Below, piece after piece: positions 1-7,634 of a stretch of 20,000 nucleotides of DNA. The translations under genes were made by a program, and so were the position numbers. How positions within the stretch are numbered: the first letter of the stretch is position 1; every line of letters starts with the position of its first letter. Source of the stretch: Candidatus Eiseniibacteriota bacterium (lineage in GTDB: Bacteria; Orphanbacterota; Orphanbacteria; Orphanbacterales; Orphanbacteraceae). The DNA lies in the NCBI GenBank assembly GCA_043809585.1, contig JBDROZ010000087.1, positions 51,411 to 71,410 of the forward strand, read 5' to 3'. The notes under the pieces were generated by a model, which was not told the origin of the DNA, did no database searches, and saw only the letters and a program-made list of their open reading frames with translations.

Positions 1-35
1 GGCTCCCCAGGAACGGCTCGGAAGGAGCAAAGGGC

Positions 36-854
36 ATGTGGACAGTTGTTCACGGTGTAACGGCGGTTTTTGACGGTCTGATCGGCTTGTTCGACCGGTG
101 GCACCCGATGGTCGGGCTCCTCGTGATCTCGATCATCACGGGCGCCATCATGCTGATCATCTTCCGTTACACGTCGAACCAGGCCGCCATCGCCGACACG
201 AAGAACAAGATCAAGGCGTACATTCTGGAGGTCCGCCTCTTCAAGGACGACCTGCCCGCCCAGATGGCCGCCCAGCGTCGGATCCTTTGGACGAACTTCA
301 AGTACATACGCTACGCCACGGCGCCCATGCTGGTCATGCTGATCCCGGTGCTCGTGATCCTGATCCAGCTCGACGTCCGTTACGCCCGCCGGCCCCTCCT
401 GCCCGGCGAGGACACCATCCTCAAGGTGGAGATGGAGAAGGGGACGGACATCTCTTCGCTCCGGTTCGAGCCTCCCGCGGGAATCGTCAGCGACATGGAG
501 CCGGTCCGGATTCCGGAGCGAAATCAGGTGACCTGGCGGCTCGAGGCCGAAGCGTCCGGCGCCCACGACCTGATCTTCACGAGCGGCGGCGAGGCCGTCA
601 CCAAGAGGCTCGAGGTGGGCGACTACCTCACCAAGCTCGCCGACGAGCGGAAGCACTCGAACGCCTTCGGCGTCTGGGAGAACCCCGCCGAGCCGCCCCT
701 CCCGAAGGGCTCCGCCTTCCGGTCGATCGTGATCGAGTACCCCGACCGGGACCTCCGGATCTGGGGGTTCGGCATGCACTGGCTCCTCGTCTTCTTCGCC
801 TCGTCCGTCATCTTCGGTTTCGCGATCAAAGGTTTCGTCGGGGTCGAAGTCTGA
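36..854 (+). CDS. Membrane protein, 272 aa: TM1, coiled-coil, TM2, extracytoplasmic beta-rich domain, TM3; DUF106/EMC3-TMCO1 (Oxa1 superfamily)-like topology
   Basis: AAGGAG RBS upstream of ATG36; strongly GC3-biased codons; hydrophobic segments GLLVISIITGAIMLIIF, PMLVMLIPVLVILIQL and WLLVFFASSVIFGFAI; charged helical segment between TM1 and TM2. Family assignment is inference. Confidence 0.8.
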   Translation: MWTVVHGVTAVFDGLIGLFDRWHPMVGLLVISIITGAIMLIIFRYTSNQAAIADTKNKIKAYILEVRLFKDDLPAQMAAQRRILWTNFKYIRYATAPMLVMLIPVLVILIQLDVRYARRPLLPGEDTILKVEMEKGTDISSLRFEPPAGIVSDMEPVRIPERNQVTWRLEAEASGAHDLIFTSGGEAVTKRLEVGDYLTKLADERKHSNAFGVWENPAEPPLPKGSAFRSIVIEYPDRDLRIWGFGMHWLLVFFASSVIFGFAIKGFVGVEV

Positions 855-1031
855 CCCGGATTTCGGAGACGTTCCTACTGCGGCCGGCGCTCGCGGGCTG
901 CAAGCCTTGTTCTCCTTCGTCGCCTCCTCGACGTAGCTAAGGCTACGCCTGCGTCGGCGGCTCGTCCGAGCAAGTCTTTCGCCACGCTCCGCTCGGCCTC
1001 GTGACGAAACCTCTCCGAAACCCGGGTCAGA
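850..1031. mobile_element. MITE-like element (182 bp) with terminal inverted repeats and an internal palindrome
   Basis: Left end tctgacccggatttcggaga matches the reverse complement of right end tctccgaaacccgggtcaga at 19/20; internal imperfect hairpin cgtcgcctcctcgacgtagc-taag-gctacgcctgcgtcggcggc; no coding capacity; no clean TSD. Confidence 0.6.
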
Positions 1032-1149
1032 TTCGACCCGAGGAAGGGAACGCCGAACCGCGGGTCACACCGAAGAGGATCGGCCTCGCGACGATATCTC
1101 TCCGAAAACCGGATCAGACTTCGACCCACGGAACGGAACACCGAAGCGC
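993..1149 (+). repeat. Imperfect direct duplication of about 70 bp (993-1061 and 1080-1149, period 87) comprising the MITE right end plus flank
   Basis: tcggcctcgtgacgaaacctctccgaaacccgggtcagattcgaccc... versus tcggcctcgcgacgatatctctccgaaaaccggatcagacttcgaccc... Confidence 0.8.
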
Positions 1150-1172
1150 TCAGAATGCTCTTCATCTCCCTG

Positions 1173-1323
1173 GCGGGGCGGGGGATCGGTTGAGGGAGGG
1201 ATGAGTGGGGCAGATTGGGACGCTCGATCTACTACGGGAGAAAACCCTCCCATTCTCCGGACTCGTAAAGGGGGCGTCGCGAAGAACTCCGACAGCTCCC
1301 CGGTTATGCCCCCCATCCCTCCC
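1173..1323 (+). repeat. REPIN/MITE-like element family C, copy 1 (right arm truncated)
   Basis: Near-identical to the first ~150 bp of 1407-1577 (period 234); homology stops after catccctccc. Confidence 0.85.
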
Positions 1324-1406
1324 GAAGCCGACACCTGTCCCGCCGATCCCGGTTTCGCCGGTTCCCTCTCAGAAGAGAACGCTGTAAGACACCTGCCTTG
1401 CTTTCT

Positions 1407-1577
1407 GCGGGGCGGGAGATCGGGTGAGGGAGGGATGAGTGGGGCAGATTGGGACGCTCGATCTACTACGGGAGAAAACCCTCCCATTCTCCGGACTCGT
1501 AAAGGGGGCGTCGCGAAGAACTTCAACAGCTCCCCGGTTATGCCCCCATCCCTCCCTCACCCGACCGCTCGCCCCGC
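1407..1577 (+). repeat. REPIN/MITE-like element family C, copy 2, with ~31-bp imperfect terminal inverted repeats
   Basis: gcggggcgggagatcgggtgagggagggatg ... catccctccctcacccgaccgctcgccccgc; ends about 10 bp from the stop codon of the convergent M28 gene. Confidence 0.85.
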
Positions 1578-1586
1578 CCCTCCTCG

Positions 1587-3947
1587 TCACCTCACGATGA
1601 CGATCTTCTTCGTGATCTCCCTCTCCACCGTCTTCACCCGCACGAAGTAGACCCCCGCCGCGGCGCGGCGGCCCGAGCGGTCCCGGCCGTCCCATGCGAG
1701 GGCGGCGATGCCGTTCGACGAGGTGAAGTCCGCGTCTTCCATCGACCGAATCTCCCGGCCCGCGACGTCGTAGACACGAAGCGAGACCGGACCCGACGCG
1801 GGCGGGGCGAAGCGGATGGTGACGGCGCCCGCCGAGGGGTTCGGGTAGGGGGGGAGGGAGGCGACCGAATCGGCCGGCGCGATCGGCGTGAAAACGCCCG
1901 CGAGTTTCGCCGTCAACGCCGCCGAGAGACGGGCCGACTTCTCGAAGAAGGGGAAGTCGAAATTGCCGAGCGTGTCGTTCGACGTGTGCAGATCGTGGGT
2001 CGCGACCTCGAAGTCCTCGTTCACGAGAACCGCCGGGTAGCCGCTCGCCCAGAAAGGCGAGTGGTCGCTGTAGATCATCTCGGGGGCGACGAGAAGGGAG
2101 CAGGCGAGGTCGGGCGTCGAGAGTTCCCGCACTCCGGGAATCTCGTCCAGGAGCCAGGAGGAAGGCTCGTCGGCGTAGACGATGAGGGGACCGTCGGAGC
2201 GGCCGATCATGTCGATCTGGACGTCCGCCGCGATCGCCTCGCCCATCGACCCCCGTCCCGTCGCATAGGCGATCGATCCTTGAAGCCCCAGTTCTTCCCC
2301 CGAAAAGAGAAGGAAGCGAATCGTCTTCTCCGCGGGAGCGCCGGAGAGGAGCCGGGCCGTCTCCAGAACCGCCGCGACACCGCTGGCGTCGTCGTCCGCG
2401 CCGGGCGCGTCCGTATACGGGTCGTACATCGGCGGCTGGGCGTACGAGTCATAATGGGCCGACAGGATCACCACGCTGTCCGGATTGACCCGTCCCGGAA
2501 TCTCGGCCCCCACGTTCCTCGACCGGTGGGCGACCTCCTCGGGAAGGGGGATTGACGACCAGGAGGCCCCGCCGTCGTCCGACGAAACGAAGAGCCCGTC
2601 CACGCCCCCCGCGACGACGCCGCCCCCCGAACGAATCGCGAGGAAGTCGATGTTCCGGGCGAGGAAGGGGAAAGAGGGGAAGAGAACTTCCTCCCACGAA
2701 AGAAGGGATTCGCCTCCCGTCTCCGCCCGGAAGACCCGGGTGAGTAGAATCGGGTCGTCCAGGCCGGCGATCCAGAGAGCGGAGTCGGGGGCGAAGGCGA
2801 CCGTGTATCCCCGGGGGATCGGCGTCGACGCCTGGTTCCAGGCGTTCCCGTCCCAGAGGAGCGCCTTGTTGCCGCTCGAGAGGAGCGCCGCCCCGAGGGA
2901 GGGGCCCGCGAAGGCGATGTCGTAGATGGTCCCGGGCCCGCTGTTCCGGAGGACCCACCCTCCGGTGGGCGTCCAGTGCCAGATCTGCTGGCTCGCCCCG
3001 GCCGCCCACGCGTTCTCTTCGTCCACGTATACCGCATCGTTCAGGGGGCTCGATCCGACGGCCTGCTCGATCCACGTCCCGCCGCCGTCATCGGTTCGGT
3101 AGACCGCGCCCGATTGAGACGCCGCGATGCCCCGGAGGGAATCGAGGAAATCGATCGCGCTTAGCCGCTTCACGCCGAGGGTGTCCGCCGCCTCCCACAC
3201 TCCCCCTTCCTCCCGGAAGACCCGGCCCGAATCGCCGGCGGCGAAGCGGACCCAATTCCCCGCGGCCGCGACGTCGTAGAGCCGGACCGGGGCGAGGAAC
3301 TCGGTCTCCCACGTCTGTCCGCCATCCTCCGTGACGAGCACGGCGCCCGTTTCGTCGTGGGAGAGGGCGATCCATCCTCGCGAGACGCCGGGGGAGAATT
3401 CGATTCCCCGGAGGTCCCACTCGGAGAGGGTGTACTCGTGATAGAACGGCTCGTACCCCATCGCCTCGAACCGCCCGAAGAGATAGACGGCGGCGCTCTC
3501 CTGCTCGGCGGTGTACTCGTAGCGGGTGCCGAAGGCGACGAGGTCCTCCACGGTGCGAACGAGGGAGTCGAGATTCGTTCCGGAGGCGAGCGACGCGGCG
3601 AGGGAGTCGGATGCGTCCGACGAGGAACGCTTCGCGACGTGCGGGACCGCCCGCACCGACTCGAGCCTCGCCCGGAGAACCTCACGGTCCGGGGGAACCG
3701 GAGGGACACGATGCTCATTTCGGTCGGGAAAGGAGGCCTCAACCGCCGCCCCTCCAGCAAGATGAGTATCGTGTCCCTCGATTTCGAATTGAGTATTGTG
3801 TCCCCCGAATTCCGCTTGAGTATTGTGTCCCCCGAATTCCGCGCCGAGGATCAGCGGGAGGAGCAGCGGGAGAAGAAGGCCCGGCCTATTCGACCGGGAT
3901 TGGGAGGCCGTCCCCGAAGGCGATGGCGCGGTACGCTTTCTCCACAC
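1587..3947 (-). CDS. Secreted M28-family zinc peptidase with inserted YCF48/BNR-like beta-propeller and C-terminal FlgD-Ig (T9SS type A-like) domain
   Basis: M28 motifs SAHYDS, GADDDASG, FSGEELG, DMIG, SDH, HT; Asp-box repeats TEDGGQTW, TDDGGGTW, SDDGGASW; C-terminal YPNP...VYDVAGR...WDGRD...GVYFVR...KKIVIVR. Start uncertain: GTG3947 (GGAGGA upstream, overlapping the gpmI end) is the nearest in-frame start before the signal peptide NRPGLLLPLLLPLILGA. Confidence 0.85.
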   Translation of the reverse strand: MWRKRTAPSPSGTASQSRSNRPGLLLPLLLPLILGAEFGGHNTQAEFGGHNTQFEIEGHDTHLAGGAAVEASFPDRNEHRVPPVPPDREVLRARLESVRAVPHVAKRSSSDASDSLAASLASGTNLDSLVRTVEDLVAFGTRYEYTAEQESAAVYLFGRFEAMGYEPFYHEYTLSEWDLRGIEFSPGVSRGWIALSHDETGAVLVTEDGGQTWETEFLAPVRLYDVAAAGNWVRFAAGDSGRVFREEGGVWEAADTLGVKRLSAIDFLDSLRGIAASQSGAVYRTDDGGGTWIEQAVGSSPLNDAVYVDEENAWAAGASQQIWHWTPTGGWVLRNSGPGTIYDIAFAGPSLGAALLSSGNKALLWDGNAWNQASTPIPRGYTVAFAPDSALWIAGLDDPILLTRVFRAETGGESLLSWEEVLFPSFPFLARNIDFLAIRSGGGVVAGGVDGLFVSSDDGGASWSSIPLPEEVAHRSRNVGAEIPGRVNPDSVVILSAHYDSYAQPPMYDPYTDAPGADDDASGVAAVLETARLLSGAPAEKTIRFLLFSGEELGLQGSIAYATGRGSMGEAIAADVQIDMIGRSDGPLIVYADEPSSWLLDEIPGVRELSTPDLACSLLVAPEMIYSDHSPFWASGYPAVLVNEDFEVATHDLHTSNDTLGNFDFPFFEKSARLSAALTAKLAGVFTPIAPADSVASLPPYPNPSAGAVTIRFAPPASGPVSLRVYDVAGREIRSMEDADFTSSNGIAALAWDGRDRSGRRAAAGVYFVRVKTVEREITKKIVIVR
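3701..3842. repeat. In-frame palindromic repeat cluster: inverted pair 3701-3718/3762-3779 plus three tandem 27-bp units (3762-3788 degenerate; 3789-3815 and 3816-3842 identical)
   Basis: gagggacacgatgctcat / atgagtatcgtgtccctc (17/18); ttgagtattgtgtcccccgaattccgc twice; encodes AEFGGHNTQ-AEFGGHNTQ-FEIEGHDTH in the M28 protein. Confidence 0.9.
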
Positions 3948-5478
3948 GATCCCAGTTCTCCTCCCGGTCGAGTGCCCAGAAGCGGCCGGTGACGCTGCAC
4001 ACTCGGCCGAGGCCGAGTTCGCCGCACTTGTCGTCCACCTGCTGAATATAGGCGGCCCCCGCCTCGGGCCGCTCCCCCCGCCGCCCGAGGAGGCTGTGAA
4101 CGTAGACCTTCTCGACGCCCCGCTCCTTCGCCGCATCGAGGAGCTCCAGGAGATGGTCGAGGGATCCGTGGGAGCTGAAGAAGGAGACGATGCCGAGAAG
4201 GTGGAGGGCCTTGCCGTTCCTTGCCGCGTCGTCCATGGCCCAGAGAAACGCCTCGTTCTTCCGGTACGAGCCGTCCTTGATCGCACGGTCGATGCGGAGC
4301 CGGTCCGAGTAGATCGTGCGCCCGGCGCCGATGTGGAGGTGCCCCGCTTCGGAGTTCCCCACGGTCCCGGCGGGGAGCCCGACCGCCTCGCCGGAGGCGG
4401 CGATCAGCGTGTTCGGGCAGGTCGACCGGAGCCGGTCCATGTTCGGCGTGCTCGCCTCCGCGATCAAGTTCCCCTCCAAGTCGTCCGAGTGGCCCCATCC
4501 GTCGGTGATCACCAGGATCGCCCGGCGCTTCCCTTCGGGCAGCCCTTCGAGGAGAGAGCGGCCGGTCATCTCCGCCGGCTTCTCCACGCCGAGGAGGGCG
4601 AGGGCCGTGGGGGCCACGTCGGTCAGGGCGCCCCCTTCGCGCGCCCGGATCCCGTCCGCCTTTCCGTCCGGCGGCACGTAGACGAAAGGAACCGGGCTGT
4701 CCGTGTGTCCCGTGTCGACGGTTCCTTCCGGATAGAACCACTTCTCCACCGTGCCGTGGTCGGCGGTGACGAGCACGTGCACTCCGTTCTTCGCGGCAGC
4801 CTCCACCACGCGGCCGAGGTTCCGGTCCACCGTCTCCACCGCCTTCTTCGCCGAGACTTCGTTCTCGATATGCCCGAGGACGTCGATGTTCGCGAAGTTC
4901 ACCACCGTGAGGGCGACCCCCGGATCGCCGAGCACCTCGATCACCTTGTCCGCCACCTTGTCCGCCTCGAGCTCGGGGATCTTCGAGTAATCCTCCACCA
5001 CCGGCGACTCGATGAAGTGGAGCTCCTCGTTCGCGAACCGTTCCCGCCTCTTCCCGTTCAGGAAGTAGGAGAGGTGGATCGACTTCTCCGTCTCCACCAC
5101 CTTCGCGAACCGGAGCCCGGCCCGGTCGACCGCCTCGGCCATGGTCCCCGACACCGCCTCCTGCGGGGGGAAGGCGACCTCCGCCTTCAGGTCTTCGTGA
5201 TAGCGGATCATGGTGACGAAGCGGAGATCGAGAAACTCCCGCACCGGGAAGTGGGGGAAGTCCCGTTCCACGAAAGCCCGGCTGATCTCCACCTCCCGCT
5301 CGCCCCGGATGTCGTAGAAGATCAGCGCGTCGCCCACCTCCGGCCGGCCGGCCGGCTTGCCGTCCCTGCCGACGAGTACGAGAGGGTTCATCGCTTCGTC
5401 CTCTTCGCCCCGGTGGTACGCGTCCAAGACGGCCCGGGCCATGGGCGACCTGTACGCGGAGGTATTCTCGTCGTTCAT
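3886..5478 (-). CDS. gpmI: 2,3-bisphosphoglycerate-independent phosphoglycerate mutase, circularly permuted (530 aa)
   Basis: iPGM motifs all present: ITDGWG, VGLPAGTVGNSEAGHLHIGAGR, GRFWALDRE, WDRVEKAY, ETEK, NFANIDVLGH, TADHG, TGHT, DVAPT, EMTGRSL. The canonical C-terminal part precedes the canonical N-terminal part. GGAGA RBS before ATG5478. Confidence 0.9.
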   Translation of the reverse strand: MNDENTSAYRSPMARAVLDAYHRGEEDEAMNPLVLVGRDGKPAGRPEVGDALIFYDIRGEREVEISRAFVERDFPHFPVREFLDLRFVTMIRYHEDLKAEVAFPPQEAVSGTMAEAVDRAGLRFAKVVETEKSIHLSYFLNGKRRERFANEELHFIESPVVEDYSKIPELEADKVADKVIEVLGDPGVALTVVNFANIDVLGHIENEVSAKKAVETVDRNLGRVVEAAAKNGVHVLVTADHGTVEKWFYPEGTVDTGHTDSPVPFVYVPPDGKADGIRAREGGALTDVAPTALALLGVEKPAEMTGRSLLEGLPEGKRRAILVITDGWGHSDDLEGNLIAEASTPNMDRLRSTCPNTLIAASGEAVGLPAGTVGNSEAGHLHIGAGRTIYSDRLRIDRAIKDGSYRKNEAFLWAMDDAARNGKALHLLGIVSFFSSHGSLDHLLELLDAAKERGVEKVYVHSLLGRRGERPEAGAAYIQQVDDKCGELGLGRVCSVTGRFWALDREENWDRVEKAYRAIAFGDGLPIPVE

Positions 5479-5536
5479 CGTTTCTCCCGGTTCGCTCTCC
5501 CGGAGGAGGCGGCAGGCTCGGAGTGGTTTCTCGATT

Positions 5537-5557
5537 CCTCTTGAGTATATCAAGAGG
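5537..5557 (-). promoter_or_regulatory. Extended -10 promoter element for gpmI (TG-A-TATACT) inside an 8-bp inverted repeat
   Basis: cctcttga-gtata-tcaagagg; the minus strand reads ctcttgatatactcaagagg, about 65 bp upstream of the gpmI start. Confidence 0.5.
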
Positions 5558-5688
5558 GCAACGGGCGCGCCACCGGCCTAACTGGTTATTTTATTGATCA
5601 TTAGGCGTCGGTGTCGGGTGACGGAGGAAGCGGTTCGGGGTGTGAGGGGCGTCGGGGCAGATCCGGCCCGCCCGATCCCGGGCGCCGG

Positions 5689-5697
5689 TGGTATACT
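5689..5697 (+). promoter_or_regulatory. Extended -10 promoter element (TG-G-TATACT)
   Basis: tggtatact about 35 bp upstream of ATG5732, in GC-rich context. Confidence 0.5.
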
Positions 5698-5731
5698 GGG
5701 GCACCGAGAAGTTCCCGGAGGACGGAACGGG

Positions 5732-6286
5732 ATGGATTCGAATTTCTGGACGAACGAGACCGTTGCCCTCTACTCGGTGAACAACATTCTCGGGGCCCGC
5801 ATCGGGGGTGTTCCGTTCGCCCTTCTTCTCGGTCTCCTTGTCCTCCTCCCCGCCCTGCTTTGGGGGGCACGCCGCCGCGGGAGCTTCTCCGCTTCCGCGC
5901 GATTCGCGGCTTCCCGTCTCTTCCTCCTCGCAGGGATCCTCTTCGCCCTCCGCAGCGGTCTCGATCAGGCTCGGAACGCCCGTCTCGACCTGCAGTACCT
6001 CTCGGGCGGACTCGACGAGAAGATCGCCGCCCTGAACCCGCCGGGCTACTACGCCCTCCTCCTGGAAACGAAAAAGAGGGCGGTCGGGGAGGAGGAGGTC
6101 GAACTCCGGGCCCCGAAGCCCTATCCGTGGGAGAAAGGGGCCTTCTATCTCTACCCTCACCGACTGAAGGAGGGCGCCTCCCTGGTCGTCTCCTACCGCA
6201 CGCCGGCGCCGCCGGATTCGGCGGGTGCGGAGCTCCTCTTCCGGCGCGCAGGGTTCGGATCGATCTACCGGAGGACGACGAGATGA
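5732..6286 (+). CDS. Hypothetical 2-TM membrane protein (184 aa); paralog of the C-terminal half of 8960-10039
   Basis: GGAGGA RBS; motifs YSVNxILGAxxG, NPPG and LRAPxPYPWEKGAFYLYP shared with the minus-strand paralog; ATGA overlap with the next gene. Confidence 0.85.
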   Translation: MDSNFWTNETVALYSVNNILGARIGGVPFALLLGLLVLLPALLWGARRRGSFSASARFAASRLFLLAGILFALRSGLDQARNARLDLQYLSGGLDEKIAALNPPGYYALLLETKKRAVGEEEVELRAPKPYPWEKGAFYLYPHRLKEGASLVVSYRTPAPPDSAGAELLFRRAGFGSIYRRTTR

Positions 6287-7617
6287 CCTCCTACCGAATC
6301 CTGGGGGCGCTCCTCTTGCTCGCGGCAACGGGAGAAGGGTTCCTCGTGTTCCTCCGGGGAATGGGAACCGTCCGGGCCGTCGTCTCCCGGCTCCCTTCGG
6401 CGATCGGGGTCGGCATCGCCCTCGTCGGCACATGGTCTCTCCTTCTCGCCATGGCGGGAGTGAAGGCCACGGCCCTCCTCCTCGCTTTCCCCGGGATCCT
6501 CCTTCCTCTCGCGATGGTCATTCGGCGCGGGGGGAAGGGAGCCGTGCCCCCGGCCCATCCGCGAACGGAACGGAGCCGTTGGGCATTCCCCGTCTTCATC
6601 ATCGTGGGGGCCCAGGTTCTTTTCGTGCTCCATTCCGCGCTCGTGCGGCCGACGTATGCGTGGGACGCGTGGACGGCATGGTCCTTTCGGGCGAAAGTCC
6701 TCTTTCTCGAAGGGGGCTTTCCCGGAGATTTTTTCCTTTCCCACTGGGCGGGATCGCCGGGGTATCCTCTCGGGATTCCTCTCGTCGAGGCTTTCCTGGC
6801 CCACTTCGTCGGGTTCTGGGATGGTCCGGCAATCAAGATCCTCTTCCCGATGATCTATGTTTGCACCCTCGCGATGACGGGGGAACTCCTCCTTCGAAGA
6901 TCGGGGACACGGGGCGCCCTTCTCGGACTGCTGCTCGCGGCGCCGGCGCCCCTTCTGGTTCATCACGGAACCATCGCCTACATGGATCTTCCCGTGGCCT
7001 TCTTCTTCCTCGCCTCGACCGTCCACATCTCTCGCTGGGAACGGGAAGGGAGGGGGAACGAACTTCTCGTCGGCGGCCTCCTCGCCGGGTTCCTCCCGCA
7101 GATCAAGAACGAGGGCCTGTACCTCTACGGGCTTCTTTCGCTGGTGCTGCTCGTCACGGCATTCCGACGGAGAGCGTCGGTCCGGACCGCCCTTCTCTGG
7201 GCGGCCGCCTCCCTTCCGATCGCGCTCCCCTGGCTTCTCTTCAAGCTCGTCGCCCTCCCTCCGGAGTCGACGACCCAGAGCCTTCAGTGGCCCGGTTTCG
7301 AGGAAGGGGCCCGCCGCGCCGCGCTATTCGCCGAAAGCGTTGCGAGAAGCGCCTTCCTGACCGGGAACTGGGGGATCGCGTGGGTCCCCCTTCTCTTTCT
7401 TCTGCTTCCGGGACGGCGGGGTGCGCTCGGAATCCCCGGCCTCCTTCTCACGGGCGGGCTCCTTCTCTTCGGCGCCGTGTACGTCTTCAGCGAAAGTCAT
7501 GTCTGGCTCCAAACCGGTACGACCATCTCCCGGAATCTGCTGATCTTGTTCCCGCTGGCCGTCGTCTGTGGGATCACGGCCCTCGGCTTCTCCGAAGACG
7601 CGCCGCCCGATCGGTAA
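6283..7617 (+). CDS. Polytopic GT-C-fold glycosyltransferase-like protein (ArnT/PMT_2-like), 444 aa
   Basis: Many TM segments; loop motif AWDAWTAWSFRAK, plus GYPLGIP, YMDLP and IKNEG; GGAGG RBS and ATGA coupling to the upstream gene. Confidence 0.8.
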   Translation: MTSYRILGALLLLAATGEGFLVFLRGMGTVRAVVSRLPSAIGVGIALVGTWSLLLAMAGVKATALLLAFPGILLPLAMVIRRGGKGAVPPAHPRTERSRWAFPVFIIVGAQVLFVLHSALVRPTYAWDAWTAWSFRAKVLFLEGGFPGDFFLSHWAGSPGYPLGIPLVEAFLAHFVGFWDGPAIKILFPMIYVCTLAMTGELLLRRSGTRGALLGLLLAAPAPLLVHHGTIAYMDLPVAFFFLASTVHISRWEREGRGNELLVGGLLAGFLPQIKNEGLYLYGLLSLVLLVTAFRRRASVRTALLWAAASLPIALPWLLFKLVALPPESTTQSLQWPGFEEGARRAALFAESVARSAFLTGNWGIAWVPLLFLLLPGRRGALGIPGLLLTGGLLLFGAVYVFSESHVWLQTGTTISRNLLILFPLAVVCGITALGFSEDAPPDR

Positions 7618-7634
7618 GAAGGCCGGGCCGGAGG

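Noticed and set aside
1065-1650. ORFs 1201-1650 (+) and 1065-1526 (-) with internally duplicated peptides
   Set aside because: They are translations of the tandem family C element; no recognisable protein features.
3762-3842. 27-bp repeats as a mini CRISPR array
   Set aside because: Units are head-to-tail with no spacers, lie in frame in a CDS, and no cas genes are present.
3948-4286. N-terminal extension of the M28 ORF to 4286
   Set aside because: Out-of-frame overlap with gpmI, giving Ser/Arg/Thr-rich non-protein-like sequence.
3823-5544. 573-aa plus-strand ORF
   Set aside because: Antisense shadow of gpmI, expected at high GC3.
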